Part shown: positions 24,771 to 34,147 of the stretch, piece after piece
Layout: the number at the start of each line of letters is the position of its first letter
Position numbering within the stretch: position 1 is the stretch's first letter
DNA from: Chiloscyllium plagiosum
Taxonomy: Eukaryota
NCBI RefSeq assembly: GCF_004010195.1
Contig: NC_057749.1
Coordinates: 13,576,543-13,640,542 of the forward strand
Direction: 5' to 3'
DNA length: 64,000 nt
The notes under the pieces: generated by a model
Databases searched by the model: none
Seen by the model: only the letters and a program-made list of their open reading frames with translations
Told to the model about the DNA's origin: nothing
Position numbers and translations under genes: made by a program

Positions 24771-24825
24771 ATGGTGGATATTATTTGCAACACACCTTTT
24801 GGTGCTATGGGGGATCATTGCAAAA
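24771..24825 (+). CDS. ISL2: Isl2 (insulin gene enhancer protein ISL-2, LIM-homeodomain TF), coding exon 1
   Basis: ATG at 24771 translates MVDIICNTPFGAMGDHCK, matching the ISL2-type N-terminus (human MVDIIFHYPFLGAMGDHSK). Phase-1 donor A|gtaagt at 24826. Confidence 0.93.
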
Positions 24826-25071
24826 GTAAGTAAATTTCGAGCAGAAGGAAAAGAAAATCTACATTTATTTATTCAGTTGGACTTGTTTCTCCTGCAAATG
24901 ATAATAGCAAATAGTGTTTGTGGTCGCTGAAACGTCCAGCGGATGTTTGAGCCTCCAGGTACCCACTGCTCACCTTTTCTTCTTGTTGTTTAGATACAAG
25001 TCTAACGTGAAGCACAAAGTGCAACCGATTTGTTTCCAAGGTAATGCTCAGTCCATGTTTTGTCCTGTCAG

Positions 25072-25261
25072 AGAAGCACGGAGTTGCCATGTGTGTAGGC
25101 TGTGGGAGCCAGATCCATGACCAGTTCATCCTGAGGGTCTCCCCCGATTTGGAATGGCATGCCGCCTGTCTGAAGTGCGCCGAGTGCAGCCAATACCTGG
25201 ACGAAACTTGCACTTGTTTTGTGAGGGACGGCAAGACTTACTGCAAAAGGGATTACATTAG
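25072..25261 (+). CDS. ISL2: Isl2 exon 2 (LIM domain 1)
   Basis: Acceptor tgtcag|; 190 nt; [62 protein letters not shown]; donor AG|gtgagg. Confidence 0.97.
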
Positions 25262-25664
25262 GTGAGGCAAGAACAAAAGCTTGTGTCTTTGAGGGGGGTG
25301 GGTGCGGAGTGGGGGAAAGAAATCCTAACAGGGAAGAAACCAAAAAGAAAACACGAATCGAATGGCTAAATGGTCCATTCAGATGGTTCTGGAAGTCCCA
25401 GTCAAGCGACTGGATTGCAATCTCATGAAACAAGCGCCAGTTCAGAGATTAAATCAGTGATTCCATTTTCCCTGGTAAATCTCAGCTGAAATGTTATTTT
25501 GTTTAGTGACGGGTTTCGATTAATTTTGGGGTTAGCTAAGAATTATTTATTGACAATGTGGAGGGGAAAAACATGTTGTTATCAAACAAATGTCTCAGAC
25601 ACTGAAAGGAAGTTAAATCCAAATTAAAGTGCGTTTTGAATTTGCTCTCCCCTCTTCCGTGCAG

Positions 25665-25921
25665 GTTGTTCGGCACCAAGTGTGCCAAGTGCAATCTGAC
25701 TTTCAACAAGAGCGATTTTGTGATGAAGGCCCGGAGCCGTGTCTATCACATCGACTGTTTCCGCTGCGTAGCCTGTAGCAGGCAGCTCATTCCCGGCGAT
25801 GAATTCGCCCTCAGGGACGATGAGCTTTTCTGCCGGGCCGATCACGACGTGGTGGAGAGGGCCTCGGCTGGGGGCGGCCCTCTCAGTCCTGTCCCGAGCA
25901 GCAGATCCCTCCAGATGGCAG
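25665..25921 (+). CDS. ISL2: Isl2 exon 3 (LIM domain 2 and linker)
   Basis: Acceptor ccgtgcag|; 257 nt; [85 protein letters not shown]; donor G|gtaaga. Confidence 0.97.
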
Positions 25922-27002
25922 GTAAGAGAGAAGGAACCAGCTGCAGGCAGGCGGGAGCTCCAGCCTCAATATAATATGCACATTTTTCAATTAGCAAATA
26001 GCAATATTTGAAGGGAGGGGGAGTGTATAGGCAGCTCGACAATACTTCAGCACAAATATATCCAGCCCCATGTCTATCACGCTGTTCCAGCTGTATCCGG
26101 ACTATATTCGGGATCCGTGTGTCAATTTAGAAATGTAGTATTTAACAACTGTGTCGGCGGTTATGGTCTCCCATTATAATATCTGAATCGATTCTTCATT
26201 TCTCCCGCTCTTTCAGTCCAAATATTTTTGCACTGGACTCTATAAATATCAGGGCCTGGAGGAAACTGCCACAGAAACTAGTGTGCAAAAATTGAAATAA
26301 AACGTTTGAAATGTATTGTTCTCACACTAGGTCATTTTCATTGGCGTTTACTTCCAATTTTTTTGCAACTCCCAATCAAACTTAAAACGAGGCGTTGTAC
26401 AATGATCTAATTCCGTATGCTATATCTTTCAGCTGAACGTTTTGTAAACAGAGCTGCGTGATTGCAAGATACTTATATACACGTCGAAAGAGAATTGGAT
26501 TTGAGCCTCAAAATTTTGTATATATGTTTGTGTATATCAGTGATAAATATAACAAATTCAATTGGTTTAAGATTTGGGATAATGTGGAAATAAATTATCG
26601 AGGGTGCTTGAAATCTGAGCTTTGGGTTTGGGTCTGATATCAAGATTTGCCCGCTGACTGTTCTCAGTATCTTTAACCAGACAAATAATATATTGGAGAG
26701 CAATCAAACTAATAAGGCGCAGCAGCTTTAGTTTAATCGCTCTGTAGGACTAAAAAAAAAGACGGTCCCGTGTGTAAATAGAGATGGGAATGGGTGAAAA
26801 TTTCATTGTAAAAGATCCACCCCACACACACACCCCTTTCGTTTTCAGGTATATTTTGAAACAGAGACATTTAACTTAAATAGCAGAATTCGAATTAAAA
26901 TCTGCTTACAAAAGGGAGCAGTTAACATAAGCTTTCTTCTCATGTGTTTTACAGAGAATTTGGTTTTAGAAGCAAGAGGGGTGGGGGAGAGATGTTATGA
27001 TT

Positions 27003-27065
27003 CTGTCTGTGTATGTGTATGTGTGTGTCTGTGTAAGTGTATATGTGTGTGTGTATATATATGTC
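27003..27065 (+). repeat. (TG/TA)n low-complexity tract just upstream of the exon 4 acceptor
   Basis: gtgtatgtgtatgtgtgtgtctgtgtaagtgtatatgtgtgtgtgtatatatatg. Confidence 0.8.
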
Positions 27066-27115
27066 TTGTCTATATTTTTTGGTGTGTATTTTTCTTTTAA
27101 ATTGCTGCCACGCAG

Positions 27116-27402
27116 CGGAACCCATTTCGGCTCGGCAGCCACCCCTGAGGCCTCATGTTCACAAGCAACAAGAGAAGACAACGCGGGTACGGACGGTTCT
27201 GAACGAGAAGCAACTGCACACATTACGGACCTGCTATGCAGCTAACCCCAGGCCGGACGCTCTGATGAAGGAGCAGCTGGTGGAAATGACCGGCCTCAGT
27301 CCCAGGGTCATCCGGGTTTGGTTTCAAAACAAACGCTGTAAGGACAAAAAGAAAATCAACCTCATGAAGCAGATTCAGCAACAGCAACACAGTGACAAAA
27401 CT
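27116..27402 (+). CDS. ISL2: Isl2 exon 4 (homeodomain)
   Basis: Acceptor ccacgcag|; 287 nt; [95 protein letters not shown]; donor |gtgagt. Confidence 0.98.
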
Positions 27403-27567
27403 GTGAGTAGACCGCCGCCTCAGCTTCACTGAACACACACAATAAATTTTCATACTTTAAGAACGAAAGGGAAATTGAATATCTTTAGAAATTGCAGGTG
27501 CGGAGGGCAGATGGTACCAGTAACATAATCAGCAAAGAAACATGCTATCTTAAACATTACATAATGG

Positions 27568-27756
27568 TTTGGAGATGCCGGTGTTGGACTGGGGTGTACA
27601 AAGTTAAAAATCACACAACATCAGGTTATAGTCCAACAGGTTTAATTGGAAGCACTAGCTTTCGGAGCGACAATCACCTGATGAAGGAGCGTCGCTCCGA
27701 AAGCTAGTGCTTCCAATTAAACCTGTTGGACTATAACCTGGTGTTGTGTGATTTTT
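27568..27756. mobile_element. Fold-back PLE-terminus element (family B) in Isl2 intron 4
   Basis: Inverted arms of about 67 bp (27604-27670 and 27692-27758); unique tail on the left; 15-bp TSD AACATTA(C/T)ATAATGG at 27553-27567 and 27757-27771. Confidence 0.85.
27675..27709 (+). ncRNA. Minimal hammerhead-ribozyme motif, sense to Isl2 pre-mRNA
   Basis: CAC-CTGATGA-A-GGAGC-GTC-GCTCC-GAAA-GCTA-GTG: helix I CAC/GTG, helix II GGAGC/GCTCC, palindromic AGCT helix III, CUA triplet. Confidence 0.72.
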
Positions 27757-29534
27757 AACATTATATAATGGGGCTGTGTTTCCGGATGTCACACGCGCAA
27801 TAAGACAGAACAGAGTTGGGCTTGCTTCAACTAAACTAGTTTTCAAACGTTCAAATGAAACATCCAGCGCGATAAGGATCTAACCCATGGAAGTTCGCAT
27901 TGTTTTCCGCTGGCAGTGGTTTTGTTGGAATTTTTTTTTCAACTCATAAAATATTTAGAATAGCTGAAATATCCCAGAATTAATTGAAAACGTTTGTGGT
28001 TGGCCGTAAAGTAGGATTTTTAGACAAAATGTTTTCCTTTATGATATAGGAGAGAGGGAGATTTGAGCTCAGCCGAACTCCAGGTTTAAAGAGATTCCCC
28101 CAAAGCAGCAGCAGCAGCAAGGGGCGAAGGTTCACATGTCTATGTTCAAACGAGTTTAAAGGTAAATGCGTACTGGCCCAAGGAAGAAGTCAACGAGATC
28201 TTCGATACAGTGTAGACACAGAGGTTACAGGAAGTCAAGGGTTGACTGGAGCTGGGGTGTGTGTGTGAGAGAGAGAGGGTGAGGGATGGGGTTTGTGTCA
28301 TACACGGAGTGGTGGGGGCTATGTCTGGGGGTGGGGGTGGGGGTAGAGTATAGTATATTGTGTCAATACATCCAAGATTGTCTTTAGTAATCCCAAAGCC
28401 CTTGTGGCAAAGATTACAGTGTCTGATAGTGGCAGCTGGGTGGCTTAGTTATTGGAGCTGCCTTTAGCCCGGGGAGGGGAGCTTCATTTCTCCCTGATGA
28501 AGCGAAAACAGCAGGAAAAAAAATCACAACTTCGGTCACTGAAGCTTCAGCCGAGGAAGAGTTCACCAATCGGGGTCTCTCTGTACTTGAGTTGCACATC
28601 TTGTTACATTAGCTTTATTAATGCGTAGATTCATGTGGGGATTTACACGGGGACCACAGAATGAGCTAACAATGGTACATCTCTAATACTGTATATAGTC
28701 ATGTAGCAATGGGAAGAGAGGAATTGGTGATCGAGCTGGGAGCAGGAGGACATGGTGGGGTAGCTAGATAATGTGCCTGGTAATGGATGAGGGAAGCATC
28801 TGAGAGAATCTCTTTTTCTCTCTCTCTGCAGCCTTGCTATTTCCACGTTCTAGTAACGGCAGTTGGTTGGGTTTAGTGCGGGGTAGATGCTTTCATTAGG
28901 AATAAACGGTTTGTTTAGACTGGCCACCAACAGGCCAGGTTGGAGAGGGGGCGTTGTTTCTCTTTCTGGAACGCGCGATTGTGAGGACTGATCATTTGGT
29001 TGTTCCGGTCTCGCCCTCTGTCCGGTGGACGCTTGTATCCGAATGTAGAAATTCCCTGCTCCTGGTTGTGAATGATCCATATTTCAGAGCAGTGCTTTTA
29101 GACAGCGCTAACGGCGGATATCGCTTTCTGTGCAGGCAGAGAGCTATGTTTATGTTTCACGACAATATAACAGGACAATCTAACGCCCCATTGTTTATAT
29201 ACCAGTCCAATCAATGTAGAATTTAACCCGCGTATTTCCGGGAGATGCTTATTTTATTTTAAGTTGTATACAAAGCTGACAATTGTAAGCGCACTGTGAC
29301 TGCCGAGGGAGGCGGTTTGTTGGTTAAACAGGCCAGTAGCTATTTTCAAACTCTCTGATTAGCGCTTTTGATCAGAAATGATACCACAAATGATTCAGAA
29401 TACCTCCCCCCGCACCCAAATCTTGTATTAAATTGAGTCTGATGAATTATTTCGCTGATCTGCTGCATACCAGCAGCTCTGACGCTCACCGTGAGACCGG
29501 AGGATGGAATAATTTACCATACACCTCCTCGCTT

Positions 29535-29642
29535 CCCCACTACCGCCCCGTCTCTCCCCTCACCCCCACTCCCCACTACCACCCCATCTCTCCACTCACC
29601 CCCACTCCCTCCTTCCACCCCGTCTCTCCCCTCACCCCCACT
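29535..29642 (+). repeat. Three 36-bp C-rich tandem repeats forming the exon 5 pyrimidine tract
   Basis: Units 29535-29570, 29571-29606 and 29607-29642 (CCCCACTACCGCCCCGTCTCTCCCCTCACCCCCACT), followed directly by CTCAACAG|exon 5. Confidence 0.85.
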
Positions 29643-29650
29643 CTCAACAG

Positions 29651-29812
29651 AGTCTGCAAGGTCTGACGGGGACGCCGATGGTAGCGGGGAGCCCCATCCG
29701 ACACGATGTCCAGGGTAACGCGGTGGAAGTGCAGTCCTACCAGGCGCCCTGGAAAGCGCTCAGCGAGTTTGCACTTCAGAGTGAACTGGATCAGCCGGCC
29801 TTCCAGCAGCTG
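29651..29812 (+). CDS. ISL2: Isl2 exon 5 (Lhx3/4-binding domain region)
   Basis: Acceptor ctcaacag|; 162 nt, phase 0; [54 protein letters not shown]; donor |gtgagt. Confidence 0.96.
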
Positions 29813-32501
29813 GTGAGTGGGGGAGAGGGCAATGGGCGGGAGGGCGGGAGTGGGGTAACCGGCGTAAGAGCCCCGACACGAGTCGGCATAATGTCGCTTG
29901 TTTCGTGTTTAGGAACTCCCATTGTTTCCTCTGTGGCTGGGAAATAGGGTTAAGTCCGGCTAAAATGTAGATGTATTAGAAGTTACATCTGGCTTACTGT
30001 GTGGTCTTCCCCAACCGTGTGAAGTTAGCGGCTGAGCTAGGTTATAAATACAACCGTAAGGTCCATTTATGAAGCGGCTTAAGTATGAAACATCCCAGGG
30101 CTACACTGGAAAGGAGGTATTCAATCAAATAGGTAAACACTGGGTGCAAGTGATATGACAGTACCAGGAAAGGTAACAATGAAAGTAACTATGAAAAGCG
30201 AACAGCGACATTGATCGAAATAAACAGGCTTTGAAAGAAAGCAGGAATCGTTCTTCTCAAATGTTGAGATGGCGCCCCTTCAACATTCTGACACGTGACT
30301 CCAAAATCCAGGGGAGCAATTCAGGGGAGACCTGATACTCGGCGGGATTTGTTGGAGATGCCGCTCTCTGAGAATAATTCTGTGTCTGTGAATGTATTTT
30401 TACGATCCGTTCAGGTGTGCTTTTTGATATGAGCCCAGGGACAGAAACTGCATCCCGGTGCTCGGTGAGGGAGGGGCCCACTGGCCTCCCGCTGGTTCGA
30501 TCCAGACTCACCGAAATAGCAACACTGTGGCGTGCAATTTCACAGAGTCCCCAGACCCCAACCCATTGGATTACAGCGCATTGACATCATAATGTCCTGG
30601 GTTGCACGTATTTGAATAATAGACCACCTCTCAATGCGCACTGCCCTAGAAACACTCATTTGGAAGAATCATACCTGCACTACGAGAGATTAACCCTGCC
30701 CGTATTCTCCCTTGTAGACTGAGGGCACCGGGAGCTAGACTCAGTCCTCATTAGATACAAGCGGTATGCCCTGTTGGGCACGATGGGTTAGAGTTGGTGC
30801 ATTGTGTGTTTGGCAGGATGACAACTGCTCATCAACAACAAGAAAGTGACATATACCACGCACAAAACTCCCCAGCAATGTACAATCATATACAGTCAAT
30901 CGTTGTGTTTAAAGTAATTGCTTCATGTACAGATCTGTTCAGATAATAGCGTATAGATTGCAAGTTCAGCATATATCTGAATAATTCTTTTTAAGAAACT
31001 GCAAATGCTGGAGATCTGAAGCAAACAAAAACAGAGAGCTCAGCAGGTCCTGGCATATATGTACCATGAAGAAGGGTCTCTGGACTCAAAATGTCACCTC
31101 TGTTCCTCTTTCCACAGATGCTGCCAGATCTGCTGAGCTTCTCCAGCACTTTCTTTTTTTTTGTTTGTTTGCTATGTATCTGAACAATACTAATCAACAT
31201 TTTAACTTTAAACCTGCAACAACCAAACGGCATTCGTTTGTAGAATATCTCCCTGTTCCTTAAGTCCCTGGATCTCCAAGGAATTCCTTCTGAGTTCACA
31301 CCACTGCCAAGTTATGTACAGCGATCTCCCACTGAGAGATGAGCGGCCAATCTCTTTATTTCCGTGGTTTTTAGTTACTATCCCCAGCTAAAGAGGAGGA
31401 ACGCTCTGATTCGTTTCCTTCCGAGTGTTGATTAGATGCGTGTGAGCGCTCAGTCAAAAGCTTCAGTTTAACACAATCTCCAAAAGGAGGCAGCGCAGTA
31501 CTCCTCCCGTGTCCTGGAGTGTCGGCCTACTTAGTGGACCAGAGCCTGCAGTAGAAAGTTACTTATCAGCGACTTGGATTCCAATTTGTGCCAGCTCGCA
31601 AGTGCAATTAAATAGGACAATCCAGCAGTTGGCCCGAGATTTGAGCTCCTCTAAAACCTGCACAATAACACAGTAACTCGCCTCAAATTATATTAAAAAA
31701 CCAGGAATTGCTGCACTTCCAAGACAAAATTAGAGTTTGATAATTCTAGTCTATCTGCTAGCATCGTGCTTATTGTTAAATGTTGTTATTATAGCGTCTT
31801 TGGCTTTGAAAATTAATTTTTAAAATGTGAAGTGTCTATCCTTCAAATATGACCTATTTTGGAGACATAAAAAATCTAAAAACAGTCTTTTACACTCTGG
31901 GTATCCTCCCTTCCTTAAACAAATATTTATTTCCTTCGCCGTGTCTCATTTTCTCTGCCTGTATTAACATTGAGGCTCTTACCAGTTCGATTGTGTTTGG
32001 CTCGTCAATTCAAACGGCTTGGTTAAGGAAGTGCACAGTTGTTCACTTAGGCCTCAGTTCCCTTCCTGTTTGGCCAGTTGCGCTGACAGGGACATCCATC
32101 GCAAAAGCCCCGAGGTGGTAAAGGCAAGTACACCTTTGACCAACAGCGGGCAAAGTGTAGCGCAATATTGGACTCCTGCACGGAGCTCCAATCCATACAG
32201 CTTTTCCTCATGACAAGATGACGCTTCACGGAGTGTTGGTGTTTGGGGAATAATTTATCAAGTAATAGAGAGCAGGATGAGAGTCCGATTTCAATCTGTT
32301 TCAGCAACAGGAGGAATTAGGAACCGGGAGGAGGTTCCTAGAGAGAGTCCTTCATTTCGGATAATAGAATCATAGAATGCAGACCATTGAGTCTGTAGCG
32401 CCAAAAATACAGTATGACCTATACTTTCCCGCAGCAGGCCCGTAAGCCTTTGAATGTACTAACACTTCAAGTGCTCATCCGAGTCCTGTACTTTTAAAAT
32501 G

Positions 32502-32720
32502 ATTTGGAGATGCCGGTGTTGGGCTGGGGTATTCAAAGTTAAAAATCGCACAACACCAAGTTATTGTCCAACAGGTTTAATTGGAAGCACTGGCTTTCGG
32601 AGCGCTGCTCCTTCAGCAGGTGGTTGTGGAGTAAACCTGATGAAGGAGCAGCGCTCCGAAAGCTAGTGCTTCCAATTAAACCTGTTGGACAATAACTTGG
32701 TGTTGTGCGATTTTTAACGT
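32502..32720. mobile_element. Fold-back PLE-terminus element (family B) in Isl2 intron 5
   Basis: Inverted arms of about 80 bp (32538-32621 and 32635-32718); sense hammerhead core CTGATGA-A-GGAGC-AGC-GCTCC-GAAA-GCTA at 32637-32665; imperfect TGTACTTTT TSD. Confidence 0.85.
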
Positions 32721-33314
32721 TGTACTTTTTAAAGGTTGTGAGGTTTCTCGCCTCAACTCCCGTCCCAGGCAGTGCAGTCCAGATCCCCACCACCTTCTGA
32801 GTGAAAAAGGTTTTTCTCAAAGCCCCGCTAATCCTTTTAAAAAATGCTCCCTTATTATTGATCTATGCTGCCAACTATTGACCCATCCTCAGTGGGTTAG
32901 TTAACCATAAATGAATCTGATGCCTTTGCTCATTTCACTCGGGTGGGTTTGAGTTGAAAAGAATAGTCAGTGCCCAGGCCTATCGATTGGCATACTCTCG
33001 GTTCCGTGCTGTTAAATGGTCACAAGCTGAGTTTTATTGTGGAACTTAATGAGTGTTAATTGTATCACTTGTGAATTTAAAACACTCCGCTCTAACAAAG
33101 GGAAATGGTCCGTTCAGAATCCATTTAAACATAGCTCAATATTCGCTGCTCTCCTTGTTAAACTACCTGTGTACATTCGCTGTTTATTTTTATTGAAACA
33201 CGTGTTGTATGATTTACAAGCCACGCTGAGGAATGAAAGAACTCTATTTGTATTTTTCTCTCCATCCGTCCCCCTCCCAACTCCCCCACCCCCCACATTC
33301 CGTGGGCCCCGCAG

Positions 33315-33431
33315 GTAACTTTCTCAGAGTCCGGCTCTCTGCCCAACTCCTCCGGAAGTGACGTGACTTCTCTGTCCTCTCAGTTGCCGGACACCCCGAA
33401 CAGCATGGTGTCAAGTCCGGTGGAGACGTGA
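33315..33431 (+). CDS. ISL2: Isl2 exon 6 (C-terminus, stop)
   Basis: Acceptor cccgcag|; [38 protein letters not shown] then TGA at 33429-33431. ISL2-type C-terminus (SPVET). The six exons sum to 1068 nt (355 aa plus stop) in frame. Confidence 0.96.
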   Translation, partial: VTFSESGSLPNSSGSDVTSLSSQLPDTPNSMVSSPVET

Positions 33432-34124
33432 GGTGTGAGGCTGAGATCATGGCAGAGCCGGCCACCGCATGACCCCGAAAATCCCGCATGATCAAAGCGC
33501 TGCTCCAAGCAACACAACTCCCTCGCTACCGGTTTTATATCTATCTCAGAATATATTAACAAAAATATATCAGAGACTTGAGGTGACTGCCAAAAAAAAA
33601 ACAAAATGCACTTGGGAAGTTTTCTGAACAAAAACTGCCACCACAGAACTTGTCCTTGAATATCTACTAGTTGTAAATAGATTTCCACGGAGGCCAAATT
33701 CCTTATTCCGGAGACGGGGAGAGATGATTACCGCCTGGGGATTATGCTCCAACGGGCAAGGACTGAAAAATGATTTTTCTTTTGTTTTAAAAAAGCACGT
33801 GCTTCCATATCAGATTGGAAATGTTGCATCTCACATGATTTCTCCAAGTCAACACTCGCAAAGTTCACCTTCAACGTGAAAGTTACCAAATTCATTCCAG
33901 ACAGTAATCCCGCCTCGCATCTCTTTCCGTTATGTTCGCTGAGAGAGAAAGCAATCTCTGGAGAGAAAAAAAAGTTTACCGTAAGGAAGCTCTTGTTTTT
34001 TTTTAAACACACGAGTTGTAAAGTATGTATGTACCAATCTGGGCCGGCGACAGACGATGTGAACCTCTTAAAGGAACGAAGTAAGTTATTGCTATTTATT
34101 GTAAGAGTCACAGTTGATACTGAG

Positions 34125-34147
34125 ATTAAATATTTGATCTTAATAAA
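34125..34147 (+). terminator. Candidate Isl2 polyadenylation signals
   Basis: ATTAAA at 34125-34130 and AATAAA at 34142-34147, about 0.7 kb after the stop, at the end of a repeat-free AT-rich 3'UTR-like stretch. Confidence 0.55.

Noticed and set aside
24994..25071. Strong-looking alternative acceptor (ttcttgttgtttag) and donor (AAG|gtaatg) in Isl2 intron 1
   Set aside because: As a cassette it leaves a 31-nt intron, which is too short. As an exon 2 extension it hits TGA after five codons.
27604..27758. miRNA precursor or DNA-transposon MITE
   Set aside because: The asymmetric tail, long variable TSDs and hammerhead core fit PLE-derived fold-backs; it is a multi-copy family.
24771..33431. 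Calling the gene ISL1
   Set aside because: The N-terminal extension, LIM1 residues ([15 protein letters not shown]), exon 5-6 sequence and ETFA adjacency all indicate ISL2.
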